In this document: positions 8,269-17,225 of the stretch, piece after piece | How positions within the stretch are numbered: the stretch's first letter is position 1 | How the letters are laid out: every line of letters begins with the position of its first letter | IMG/VR virus record: IMGVR_UViG_2740892051_000004 | Span: 1-48,835 of that record | DNA from: a virus | Taxonomy: Duplodnaviria > Heunggongvirae > Uroviricota > Caudoviricetes | Reading direction: 5' to 3' (one strand) | DNA: 48,835 nt | Notes under the pieces: generated by a model | What the model was told of the DNA's origin: nothing | What the model saw: only the letters and a program-made list of their open reading frames with translations | Databases searched by the model: none | Program-made: the position numbers and the translations under genes

Positions 8269-9219
8269 ATGTATAGCCCATATTTGTATGCGAGAAGTAC
8301 AGAGTTATTATGCCTTAGGGACCTCGTTGCGAAGGGAGTTAGCCTAAATGGTCTGCTACCAATTTTAGAACCAATTAACGTCAATACGAGAAATTTATTA
8401 ACATGTTTAAATGTTTGGAATTCTGACATAATTGTTATCCTTAATCCTTATCAGGAAGATTTTTCTTCACACAATAACGTCTTAACTTTAAATCAAAATT
8501 TATCAAGTGTATTAACAAATAAAAATAATATCATCTCTGGATATCTTATTCAGCCCAATACAACGATTAATGATATTAATAATTGGTTGAATGCTAACTT
8601 AAATAGACGAGTTGCACTTCTATATGATAATCCATCATTATCCAACTCTGATATTCAGTTGTTGGCGACAAATCAATTGATTAGTTATCATGTTGTTTTA
8701 AATAATAAAATGCTTCCTAATCAGTGCGCTCTTCTTCCTTTGTCGAAGTTAATTATTATTAGCGATAACTTTAGAAAGTTAGCAAAAAATGCTGATTATA
8801 ATGGGCCGGAACTTTTCACGCACGCACATCAATTCGTGGGACAAAATTACTTAGGATTTGGCGATTATACAATTACTGGCCAGGTACTAGATCTTGGAGG
8901 TGGTCAACCTTCTGCTGTTGCCGCACATTTGGTGTTCAAGAATTTACAAGCGAATACAGTTTGGATTCGTCATTTTGTATCAAGCAACACGCAACGAGGA
9001 AGTTCAAATGTTACTGCAAAATTTTTAGATGTTTCAGATCAAATTACAAATCTTGTTCCCCAACATCCAACCCAGTTTGGCAGCAACATTGGTCTTAACT
9101 ATTATTATTACAATAGTCAACCAACTGTAAGGCATTTCCCTGGGTTGCCAAAAAACAAACAGTATCAAATTACTCACCATATTTGTTTCATGCTGGATTT
9201 AATAGCAGGTCGTATTTAA
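8269..9219 (+). CDS. hypothetical protein, second gene of cargo cassette (partner of nuclease-like protein)
   Basis: 316 aa, 21 nt after upstream gene, same AT-rich composition; N-terminus 'MYSPYLYARSTELLCLRDL'; 3' end overlaps integrase stop by 21 bp. Confidence 0.7.
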   Translation: MYSPYLYARSTELLCLRDLVAKGVSLNGLLPILEPINVNTRNLLTCLNVWNSDIIVILNPYQEDFSSHNNVLTLNQNLSSVLTNKNNIISGYLIQPNTTINDINNWLNANLNRRVALLYDNPSLSNSDIQLLATNQLISYHVVLNNKMLPNQCALLPLSKLIIISDNFRKLAKNADYNGPELFTHAHQFVGQNYLGFGDYTITGQVLDLGGGQPSAVAAHLVFKNLQANTVWIRHFVSSNTQRGSSNVTAKFLDVSDQITNLVPQHPTQFGSNIGLNYYYYNSQPTVRHFPGLPKNKQYQITHHICFMLDLIAGRI

Positions 9220-10374
9220 TAAGCTAGCGTACCATTCCATCATTACTTGTCGATCTTTAATATATTGCGCATGATTGTAAGTACCTCGAATAGAGTTCTT
9301 ATCAACATGCGCAAGCTGCATTTCAATCCAGGCACTTTCAAACCCATGCTCATGCAAGATGGTGCTCATGGTATGCCTGAAACCGTGACCCGTTAACCGA
9401 CCGTGATAACCCAGTAGTTTTATCACTTTGTTGATGCTGGCTTCGCTCATTGGTTTACTGACGTCATTCCGGCCAGGGAAAACGAGGCTGTAATTCCCTG
9501 TTATTTCTTGCAGCTTTTTCAGGATATTGATCGCCTGAGTTGATAACGGAACCAGATGGGGGCGGCGTTTCTTCATCCGTTCTTTGGGGATCTCCCATAA
9601 GGCATTATCTAAATCAAACTCAGCCCATTCCGCTGCACGTAGTTCAATTGTTCGCACGCCTGTTAGCATCAACAGCTGCGTGGCGTATTTGGTAACTAAA
9701 CTGCCCTGATAGTTATCCAGAGCATTAACGAACTCGGGCAACTCGCTTTCAGTCAGGAACGGGAAGTGTTGGGTTTTAGGTTTGTTGAGTGCGATAGCTA
9801 AATCGGGTGCAAAATTATACTTTGCTCTACCAGTGGCAACAGCATAACGAAGCACTTCACCACAGCGGCGGCGGATCTTACTGGTTTGCTCTAGCGCACC
9901 TCTTTTCTCTATTTTTTGCAGGACGGTTAGCAGTTCTAATGGTTCAATCTGCTCAATTGGGCGCTGGCCGATAAAAGGAAAAATATCCTTTTCCATACAA
10001 TTGAGAACCTCTTTTGCATAACCCTCTGACCAGGTGGCTTTTTTCGATGAGTGCCATTCTCTGGCCACAGACTCAAAGCTGTTCTCATGCGCGAACTGCA
10101 AAGCAATCTTATCTGCTTTTCTGGCTTCACTTGGGTTTATCCCGTTGGCTAACATCGAACGCGCTTCATCACGTTTGGTACGTGCCTGTGCCAACGACAC
10201 ATCGCCATATACGCCAAAGGAAATCATCTTAGGCTTACCTGCAAAGCGATAGCGAAAACGCCAGCCTTTACTGCCCGCTGTGTCGATCAGGAGTGATAGC
10301 CCCATACCATCGTTAAGCGTATAGGGTTTGTCCTTCGGTTTTGCTCTTTTTATTTGGATGTCAGATAGCAGCAT
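9199..10374 (-). CDS. int: tyrosine integrase, P4 family with arm-type N-terminal domain
   Basis: Start set at internal Met 'MLLSDIQIKRAKPK'; C-terminal catalytic 'HGFRHT...LAHVD...RGTYNHAQY'. Confidence 0.9.
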   Translation of the reverse strand: MLLSDIQIKRAKPKDKPYTLNDGMGLSLLIDTAGSKGWRFRYRFAGKPKMISFGVYGDVSLAQARTKRDEARSMLANGINPSEARKADKIALQFAHENSFESVAREWHSSKKATWSEGYAKEVLNCMEKDIFPFIGQRPIEQIEPLELLTVLQKIEKRGALEQTSKIRRRCGEVLRYAVATGRAKYNFAPDLAIALNKPKTQHFPFLTESELPEFVNALDNYQGSLVTKYATQLLMLTGVRTIELRAAEWAEFDLDNALWEIPKERMKKRRPHLVPLSTQAINILKKLQEITGNYSLVFPGRNDVSKPMSEASINKVIKLLGYHGRLTGHGFRHTMSTILHEHGFESAWIEMQLAHVDKNSIRGTYNHAQYIKDRQVMMEWYASLLNTTCY

Positions 10375-10622
10375 GTGTATAGAAAAAAGATCGAACTCAG
10401 TTATACACAATGTTATACGCAAAGATGTATAGATTCCATTAGAAATAATGGTACTTTGCTGGACGAGTATAAGGAGATGATATCAGTTAAAACAGTGAGT
10501 TATGGAATTAATTGAACTTAGTGAGAAGTGTTCATGGTGTCCCCTGCAGACATCTACTTGGCGCGGCAGGGGATTGATTGGAATGGTGTTTTTTAGATGT
10601 GAAAAATATTTTACCCGCTATT

Positions 10623-10823
10623 TTACCCATTGGCGCGGCTTAAGAGCTTATTTTTGAATTCACAATGGTCACGATATAACCATCTTGCTCGCCCGTGGAT
10701 AACTTTGGCTTTTGGCAGGTCGCCGGACTTAATCCGGTCATAGATGAAGGTCTTACCGAAGCCAGTATCAGCCATGATGAATTTCAAATCAACCAGTGAA
10801 TCAGGCTGTAGTTCGTGTTGCAT
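10623..10823 (-). CDS. AlpA-family excisionase-like protein upstream of integrase
   Basis: 66 aa; 'LKFIMADTGFGKTFIYDRIKSGDLP...HGRARWLYRDHCEF' AlpA/Xis pattern; cotranscribed orientation with int. Confidence 0.7.
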   Translation of the reverse strand: MQHELQPDSLVDLKFIMADTGFGKTFIYDRIKSGDLPKAKVIHGRARWLYRDHCEFKNKLLSRANG

Positions 10824-11156
10824 GAGTGCTATCTCCGAATAGGGAATCGAACCTGCAAATCAGGTAATAAAAAAACCGCTATCAGGCGGCTTGGTGTTCT
10901 TTCAGTTCTTCAATTCGAATATTGGTTACGTCTGCATGTGCTATCTGCGCCCATAGCATCCAGTGGTCATAGCAGTCGTTGATGTCCTCTGCTTAGATAA
11001 CTCTGTTGAATGGCTCTCCATTCCATTCTCCTGTGACTCGGAAGTGCATTTATCATCTCCATAAAACAAAACTCGCCGTAGCGAGTTCAGATAAAAGAAA
11101 TCCCCGCGAGTGCGAGGATTGTTATTCACCTTTGACGGCAAGTTGCAGGTTAGCCA

Positions 11157-11417
11157 TTACCGCACCTCCAGTCTCCATACCGCCTGACCAATCCGGCTGG
11201 CATGGGTATCTTTGGATACTGTTCCGTCTTTAGCCAGCTCCATAAGAATTTTGCGCAAATCTGCCGAACGCCATTCTTCATCAGGAAATTCCTTCTCCAT
11301 TGCCAACCGCAAATTCCAGGTTGCCATCCTGAATGGATATTCCCCGCCGAGAGCTTTATCTTGCAGGGCAGCCCGGGAACGCATCACCTGCAAAACCTTC
11401 TCTTTTACATCCATCAT
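11157..11417 (-). CDS. hypothetical early-left protein
   Basis: 86 aa ORF overlapping next gene by 4 nt. Confidence 0.5.
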   Translation of the reverse strand: MMDVKEKVLQVMRSRAALQDKALGGEYPFRMATWNLRLAMEKEFPDEEWRSADLRKILMELAKDGTVSKDTHASRIGQAVWRLEVR

Positions 11418-12427
11418 TTCGCCTCCTGCGGCGGTTCTGGTAGCGGCATCCAGTGGGTTACATTGCGGCTCTGCGTTTCGAAGAACTCCTCACCATTGCG
11501 GACGACATCAAAAAACTCACCGTCTCGATATTGCGCATAAAGAACGAATGCACCATCACATAAAATAATTACGTGCTGACCATCATCAGGCATTCGCTGA
11601 CTACAGCTTATCCAACCATCCGGAGTTACCGGATAGTTGCCATTCACAAGGTCAGCTCGAACATATAGTGTGTCATCATGGTGCTGATTGTGGCTGCACC
11701 ACGTTAATTCGCTTAACTCGCCATCTTCTGGCCATACTCCAGCTGTTTGCAGCCAGATATGGGCTGGCGCATCTTGGCAAGGTGTATTAACTGGCAACTT
11801 GTAAGTTTGGCTTACAGGTTCAGCACCATGAAGCATGGCCTTTTTGGTGGCGTCACCGAAATGGTCTACCATATCGAGGTTTTGCTCTGTATGATTGCCA
11901 TCCTGAGCAGTAGGCGTGTTCCGGTGATTATTCCATGAACCAACTTCGTCCAGTTGTTCTGAATTACAGAGCAACTTAAGCATTGCTGCGCGGCACTGGT
12001 TGAAGCCAATCGCCCATGCGGATGCCAGAGCAATGTCGTCTTCCGTGATTTCCTCTGGCACATCTTCCCAGCCGACTACTTCCGGCACAGATACCGGCGC
12101 TGGCTGCGGTAACTTTGGTGCTGTCAGTGATTCCAGTTCTGCGATTTTCTGCTCTGCATTTGTCGCCAAAGCAAGCTGCTTCCCAGCAACCACCTGCCAC
12201 GCTGATGATTCCTGTTTCCACTTATCCAACTCATCCAGTAGTGCAAGCACGTTTTCTGGTCCGGTCAGAAATTTGAAGGCGTTGAGCGCATCAATATCCA
12301 CACCGTAATCTTTAAGTTCCTGTTCACTTAACAAATCGTCATCATATGGCAACATTAACAGGCGTTCCATTGCTGGAATTGCACGTTCTGCCGCCTCACG
12401 CAGTCCCTGATAGTCAATCTTGCTCAC
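11414..12427 (-). CDS. Ea22-like / DUF551-type early protein
   Basis: 337 aa; C-terminal 'GWISCSQRMPDDGQHVIIL' block typical of lambdoid Ea22/DUF551 proteins; position between xis and recombination genes. Confidence 0.55.
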   Translation of the reverse strand: MSKIDYQGLREAAERAIPAMERLLMLPYDDDLLSEQELKDYGVDIDALNAFKFLTGPENVLALLDELDKWKQESSAWQVVAGKQLALATNAEQKIAELESLTAPKLPQPAPVSVPEVVGWEDVPEEITEDDIALASAWAIGFNQCRAAMLKLLCNSEQLDEVGSWNNHRNTPTAQDGNHTEQNLDMVDHFGDATKKAMLHGAEPVSQTYKLPVNTPCQDAPAHIWLQTAGVWPEDGELSELTWCSHNQHHDDTLYVRADLVNGNYPVTPDGWISCSQRMPDDGQHVIILCDGAFVLYAQYRDGEFFDVVRNGEEFFETQSRNVTHWMPLPEPPQEAK

Positions 12428-12731
12428 TGGTTGACTCCTTTGCTGGGCTTTCTAGCTTCTGAGTGGTTGTATCAAACTCAAACAACTTAACCACGTCATC
12501 AAACAGGACATAATCGCCATCAGAATCTTCAGTCATGTCAGCGCCACAATCCTGACCGAACGAGTCACAACCATCCATATCAAGCTCGTATCGCTTCAGG
12601 TTTGCGATATTTGATAAATTCAGCGCCAGTACAGCCAGGTCATAAACCTCTTCGGCGGTATACCCTGCACCATGCCCATACATTTCAATGCGGGATATGA
12701 TTTCTTCTACCCGTTGTTTTGTGATCGTCAT
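12414..12731 (-). CDS. hypothetical acidic early protein
   Basis: 105 aa ORF in operon. Confidence 0.5.
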   Translation of the reverse strand: MTITKQRVEEIISRIEMYGHGAGYTAEEVYDLAVLALNLSNIANLKRYELDMDGCDSFGQDCGADMTEDSDGDYVLFDDVVKLFEFDTTTQKLESPAKESTSEQD

Positions 12732-13207
12732 TTTTGCTCACCTCCCTGTTCTTCCAGAAAAATACGCATAGCCTCAAGCATCTCTTCGGTGTCATACGGA
12801 GACAGCTTGTCACACAGGATGTGTTCAATGCTGTTAATGAACTTTCGGATTGCTTTGCGTTCAATTTCAGCCAGAAAAGCATCGGTGGCTGGGGTGTCTG
12901 ATTGCAGAGACTTTGCGCGATAGTCATTCCACCCTCTTGCATACATGGGATTAACTTGCACTCCATCTTTTACGCAATATGCCTGCCCTCCACGGTTGAT
13001 AACCTTGATTTCGTCCATAGCGCCAGACTTCAGCCCCGCATTCTCCGCTGCCAGCGCCGCGTACTTGGCCTCCGCTTCAGCAAATTTACGCACAAGATAT
13101 TCAGCGTTTGTTTCGTTAACCTTTAAATCACATGGGATGCATTTACCTTTCAGAAATCCATCCATCTCAATTAGTGTCATTTGTTTCATTTTTTCCCACT
13201 CCGCCAC
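12728..13207 (-). CDS. hypothetical early protein
   Basis: 159 aa ORF, 4-nt overlap with neighbour. Confidence 0.5.
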   Translation of the reverse strand: MAEWEKMKQMTLIEMDGFLKGKCIPCDLKVNETNAEYLVRKFAEAEAKYAALAAENAGLKSGAMDEIKVINRGGQAYCVKDGVQVNPMYARGWNDYRAKSLQSDTPATDAFLAEIERKAIRKFINSIEHILCDKLSPYDTEEMLEAMRIFLEEQGGEQK

Positions 13208-13383
13208 ATCGCATTCAGATATTTGTTTTGATTCACTGACGGAAAAGAATTTCTCTTTAGCAATTCCTCTCTCGATGGCATTGGCTTTACGCGTTGGCGA
13301 ATAATCATTTCTGCCGGAAGAATGCCGGGATTGTATGCAAGTCCTCTCATGGTAAATTCCTCAGTCATTACTGATAGCGCCAT
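13186..13383 (-). CDS. hypothetical small protein
   Basis: 65 aa ORF in operon context. Confidence 0.4.
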   Translation of the reverse strand: MALSVMTEEFTMRGLAYNPGILPAEMIIRQRVKPMPSREELLKRNSFPSVNQNKYLNAMWRSGKK

Positions 13384-13657
13384 AGCGTGAGCGGTAATTA
13401 CGCAGGCGCTGGTCGATATATTCAGGGAAGTGGGTATATGTGGATTTGCGGAATGGTCGGATTGATGTTTCGTTTATTCGGTCTTTTTCCTGTTTTTCTG
13501 CGAGTTGTATATCGCGTCGGTACTTCCGTTCTTCTTTTGTTTCTGGTGGCAGAGCAAGAAACGCGTCGAGATTATTCTTGATATTTTCCAGCACCTCCGA
13601 TATGGAATTGCCGGAACAGCGGCGCGGGTCGTCCGCACCATATAGAGGCGCTGGCAT
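13361..13657 (-). CDS. hypothetical early protein
   Basis: 98 aa ORF. Confidence 0.45.
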   Translation of the reverse strand: MPAPLYGADDPRRCSGNSISEVLENIKNNLDAFLALPPETKEERKYRRDIQLAEKQEKDRINETSIRPFRKSTYTHFPEYIDQRLRNYRSRYGAISND

Positions 13658-13673
13658 GGTTTTCTCCTGTTGA

Positions 13674-14222
13674 TTATTTAGCTAACTTTTTCCAGATCGC
13701 TGAAACGTATTTGGCTTGGTGGATGGCATCATCAAGCGCGTTGTGGCGAGTTCCTTTGAATGGCATATCTCGCTTAGGATCGAATCCTATTACCTTCCCA
13801 AGTTCGACGATTGTTCTTACGTCGCGGTCATTCCACCACTGCCACGGAACTGGCTGCCCTGTCAGCGAATAACTGTTGCGGAGAATAACGCAGTCAAATG
13901 ATGCTCCATTCCCCCAAACCTGAACGAATTTGTGGTTAGCGTTCTTTATGATGAATTCAGATAACCATGAAAGAGCCGTTGAAAGCTCCTGAGTGTTGCT
14001 GGTTAGCGATTTTCTGGCTTCTTCACTCTGTTCCATCCACCATAAAATCGTTGAAGCGTCAGGACGCGCTCGATATCGCATTGATGATTCAAGCGAGATA
14101 TTTACCGAGAACTCTTCTCCTGTTTCTCCGGTATTCGGGTCAAAGAATACCGCCCCAATAGAAATAACAGGCGCGTATGGCCCGTTGCCCATTGTTTCAA
14201 GGTCAACCATTAAGTGATTCAT
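13674..14222 (-). CDS. DEDDh-type 3'-5' exonuclease
   Basis: 'MVDLETMG' (Exo I D-x-E) and 'HNALDDAIHQAKY' (Exo III) motifs. Confidence 0.7.
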   Translation of the reverse strand: MNHLMVDLETMGNGPYAPVISIGAVFFDPNTGETGEEFSVNISLESSMRYRARPDASTILWWMEQSEEARKSLTSNTQELSTALSWLSEFIIKNANHKFVQVWGNGASFDCVILRNSYSLTGQPVPWQWWNDRDVRTIVELGKVIGFDPKRDMPFKGTRHNALDDAIHQAKYVSAIWKKLAK

Positions 14223-14230
14223 GTAAGTCC

Positions 14231-14746
14231 TTAAATTGCGTGAATAGCGTGACGAGGGAAGGGGAGAGTTACTGGTGCAAAGGGTATATCGTCGTCAAAA
14301 TCCATAGGTGGTTCGCTGTGATTCCCTTGCTGCTGAGGTTGCTGTCTTTGTTGCTGACCGTTATTTCGCTGAGGTGAAGACTGTTCATTGCCTCCTTGCT
14401 TGCCACCAATCATTTGCATAGTTCCACCAACGCCCACGATGACTTCAGTAGTGAACCGATCCTGTCCGCTTTGATCCTGCCATTTTCTTGTCCGCAATTT
14501 GCCTTCAAGATAAACCTCAGAGCCTTTTCGCAGATATTCGCTGGCAATTTCTGCCAGTTTCCCGCTCATTACCACGCGGTGCCACTCCGTCTGCTCCTTT
14601 TGCTCTCCAGTTTGCTTATCACGCCATTGTTCTGACGTAGCAACTGTAAGGTTTGCAAATGCCGTTCCTGATGGTGAATATCTGATTTCTGGATCATGCC
14701 CAAGGCGACCAATAATGATCACCTTATTTACGCCTCTGCTTGCCAT
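14231..14746 (-). CDS. ssb: single-stranded DNA-binding protein
   Basis: N-terminal OB-fold '[20 protein letters not shown]', Gly/Gln-rich linker, acidic tail 'DFDDDIPF'. Confidence 0.9.
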   Translation of the reverse strand: MASRGVNKVIIIGRLGHDPEIRYSPSGTAFANLTVATSEQWRDKQTGEQKEQTEWHRVVMSGKLAEIASEYLRKGSEVYLEGKLRTRKWQDQSGQDRFTTEVIVGVGGTMQMIGGKQGGNEQSSPQRNNGQQQRQQPQQQGNHSEPPMDFDDDIPFAPVTLPFPRHAIHAI

Positions 14747-15454
14747 TTATGCCGCCTGTTTTAGCTCGTTAACTCTGATGTTCATTACCTGAACGCATTT
14801 AGCCTGCGCCTCCTCGTTTCCAGCCATTAATTGCCAGTCACGCTGATAACGCTCGATGAGTTTTTTCTTATCAGTTTCTTTCGATGCATAATCGCTGAAG
14901 TCTTTCAGGATTTGTTCGCAGTCAACCGATGGAGATTTCTGGTTGGTATTTTCTGGTGATGGTTTGTTATCTGATGCTGGGATTGCCCAGCCGGGCAGCG
15001 TTGGAGGGAGCCAGTAAAACCCTGTTCCATCCTTCAGTTTTGCCCTGTGCCACCCCTGCTTTTTATCGAGAGATGTTTGTGCGAAACCTTCCTCAAGGTT
15101 ATACAGATACCGACCGATTCCCCATTGAACGGCAGCGCGCTTCATTGCACCGGAACGACCACCTTTGACGGCTTCTACTTGCGTGTTTTCAGCAGCATCC
15201 CATTTGGTTACCCATTCGGAATCAATCTTGATTGATATGCCGCATTCAACTCCGCCGTTGTTGGGAATATCGCGGTATTCATTGCGCCATCCTGCTTTGC
15301 CGCAAACATCGTCCAGGCGTTTCATGATTGCCCTGTTCGTGACATAAGCCAGCACCATAGCCCACACTTTTCCATCGCGTGTTTTACCGCTTTGCTGTAT
15401 TCGCCATTCGATATCTTCAGGGCTGAATGGCTCATCGAATTTATTCAAATCCAT
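14747..15454 (-). CDS. Rad52-like single-strand annealing protein
   Basis: 235 aa; 'KRAAVQWGIGRYLY' block; conserved C-terminal tail 'KKKLIERYQRDWQL...CVQVMNIRVNELK'. Confidence 0.7.
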   Translation of the reverse strand: MDLNKFDEPFSPEDIEWRIQQSGKTRDGKVWAMVLAYVTNRAIMKRLDDVCGKAGWRNEYRDIPNNGGVECGISIKIDSEWVTKWDAAENTQVEAVKGGRSGAMKRAAVQWGIGRYLYNLEEGFAQTSLDKKQGWHRAKLKDGTGFYWLPPTLPGWAIPASDNKPSPENTNQKSPSVDCEQILKDFSDYASKETDKKKLIERYQRDWQLMAGNEEAQAKCVQVMNIRVNELKQAA

Positions 15455-15553
15455 AATTCACCTCAGAATGGACATGGCCAAAGGAAATAACGCTGGTTTA
15501 ATACTTCGACTCTGGACAAATTAAGGCATACCCGCATTCCTTCGCGGTCACCA

Positions 15554-15712
15554 TTATGGCGATACCAGAGAGCTTTCTGCGTGTACATGCGTCTCTGTAA
15601 CTTGCTCTCCTTCACTGTGGTTGCAAGTGACATGAATATCTCCTTCGTTACCGATTAATTCTTTCATCTGACGAATGAATTCTTCGTCTGACCAGTTATC
15701 TGTAAAACTCAT
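15554..15712 (-). CDS. hypothetical small protein (52 aa)
   Basis: ATGA start/stop overlap with kil-like gene; hand-called. Confidence 0.35.
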   Translation of the reverse strand: MSFTDNWSDEEFIRQMKELIGNEGDIHVTCNHSEGEQVTETHVHAESSLVSP

Positions 15713-15861
15713 TTCCTGCGATACCAAGGAAGGTTGATAGCTGATTTCATCGCTTTATTTGCTTCAAGCCACATTTTGGAATCACCAATAAATCTGGCTA
15801 TTACTGCTTTGTTCTGTGCAGCACGAAGCATCTGGTGATTGATGGCTATTTCATTGCGCAT
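15709..15861 (-). CDS. kil: Kil-like host division inhibitor
   Basis: 50 aa; 'ARFIGDSKMW' resembles lambda Kil 'ATFIGDEKM'; immediately downstream of cIII as in lambda. Confidence 0.5.
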   Translation of the reverse strand: MRNEIAINHQMLRAAQNKAVIARFIGDSKMWLEANKAMKSAINLPWYRRK

Positions 15862-15977
15862 AATAAGACCTCAACTCTTTTCCATCCGTCACGTAATTTA
15901 CGGGTGATTCGTTCAAGTAAAGATTCATTTAGTTGGAAGGCACCCATGCGAGCGCCTCCCGCGATTGCGTAAATCAT
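15846..15977 (-). CDS. cIII: CIII-like protease inhibitor
   Basis: 43 aa; 'ESLLERITRKLRDGWKR' matches lambda CIII core. Confidence 0.65.
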   Translation of the reverse strand: MIYAIAGGARMGAFQLNESLLERITRKLRDGWKRVEVLLCAMK

Positions 15978-16001
15978 GGGTGGTTCCTTATGTTGGTTTT
16001 A

Positions 16002-16970
16002 TTAGTAGGTTATTTTTGTTGCGAATACTTCGCCTTTTACGATGGCTGTTATGATATTTTTAGCAACATCTTCTGATGCGCCAACCTTGATAAGGTCAGC
16101 AAGTATTTTGTTATTTACTTCTTTCCGGTGAGCTTTATCCTTTGCTCTACGCTCTTCTTCTTCCTTGATTCTTTTTTCTTCTGCTATTCTGGCTTGCTCT
16201 TTTGCTTCAGCCTCGCGCCGGATTCGTTCAGCCTCCTCCTGTGCTTTTCGGCGTTCTGCTTCAATTGCCGCCTGCTTTTCTCTTTCAGCTCGTTCTGCTG
16301 CCTCTTTTGCTTCGCGCTGTGCTCGTTGCTCGGCTTCAATGCGTTCACGCTCTGCACGTTCCGCTGCGGCCTTAGCTTCTGCTTCTCGCCTTGCTGCTGA
16401 TTCAATTTCGGCTTTTGCCTTTGCTTCGGCTTCTGCTCTGGCTTTCTCTTCAGCTTCTCTTTTTAAGCGTTCTTCATGCTCTCGCTTTTCCTGCTCCGCT
16501 TTGAGTCTTGCCTCTTCTCTTTGGCGGTCAAATTCGCGATCCATCAAAATAGCTATTTCATGATCAGACTCAATTTGCTTTGCGAGAGCTTCAGCTGCTG
16601 CCTTAGCTTCTTCTTCGGCTTTAATCCGCGCCTGTTCCTCCTCATAATCAGTAAGAGGCTGGCGAGCCTTGGCTTTCAGTTCATCAAGGCGATCGCGCAC
16701 TGTCTTGCGGTTGGCATCAATTAGCTTTGGAATTTCCTTCAGTTCAGCAACAAGGTCTTTGCCAAGACCATCGAGATATGTTTTCGTCTGCGCAACTTTA
16801 TACGCCAGAGAAGCGATCTCCTTTCTGCCCTTTGCCGTTGTGATATCAGGCACAAAGGACATAACTTCACGTTCAACCTTTTGAAGGATTTCTTCAATCT
16901 GGTCTGCAGACTGAAATACAGTCATTGCATTTGCTTTTTCAATAACAACTAAGTCTGTTACTTCACTCAT
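16002..16970 (-). CDS. charged coiled-coil protein with long KAE/R-rich region (function unknown)
   Basis: Start set at 'MSEVTDL' with GGAGG RBS; ~170 aa of EAK/ERA-rich low-complexity sequence. Confidence 0.6.
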   Translation of the reverse strand: MSEVTDLVVIEKANAMTVFQSADQIEEILQKVEREVMSFVPDITTAKGRKEIASLAYKVAQTKTYLDGLGKDLVAELKEIPKLIDANRKTVRDRLDELKAKARQPLTDYEEEQARIKAEEEAKAAAEALAKQIESDHEIAILMDREFDRQREEARLKAEQEKREHEERLKREAEEKARAEAEAKAKAEIESAARREAEAKAAAERAERERIEAEQRAQREAKEAAERAEREKQAAIEAERRKAQEEAERIRREAEAKEQARIAEEKRIKEEEERRAKDKAHRKEVNNKILADLIKVGASEDVAKNIITAIVKGEVFATKITY

Positions 16971-17071
16971 ATATCCTCCATCAAAAAAATTGCCCTCACA
17001 CTGGAGGGCAAAGAAGATTTCCAATAATCAGAACAAGTCGGCTCCTGTTTAGTTACGAGCGACATTGCTCC

Positions 17072-17099
17072 GTGTATTCACTCGTTGGAATGAATACAC
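17072..17099. promoter_or_regulatory. 9-bp inverted repeat upstream of sieB-like gene
   Basis: GTGTATTCA-N10-TGAATACAC. Confidence 0.3.
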
Positions 17100-17225
17100 A
17101 GTGCAGTGTTTATTAGTATGCCTGTCTTTTAACCACATCAGGCTCGGTGGTTCTCGTGTACCCCTACAGCGAGAAATCGGATAAACTCTATTCACCCCTA
17201 CAGAGAGAATGATGGAGATTCACCG

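Larger units (their letters stand above)
1..9219. mobile_element. P4-like phage satellite segment (alpA, capsid-like pair, CI RNA region, alpha primase, ori iterons, delta, cargo cassette); left boundary outside window, right boundary approximate
   Basis: Gene content typical of P4-family satellites, all on + strand; no structural module beyond one capsid-like pair. Confidence 0.6.

Noticed and set aside
10520-10580. tRNA-like 3' end (GCAGGGGACACCA on minus strand)
   Set aside because: Could not fold a T-arm and acceptor stem; more likely an inverted repeat in the int promoter region
10830-10850. GGAATCGAACC-like motif suggestive of a tRNA T-arm / att fragment
   Set aside because: No acceptor stem or CCA context can be folded around it; probably coincidental
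16128-16884. Antisense and alternative-frame ORFs (for example 16165..16563) with Ser/Ala/Cys/Phe-rich translations
   Set aside because: Artefacts of the GC-rich repetitive coding sequence of the coiled-coil protein on the minus strand
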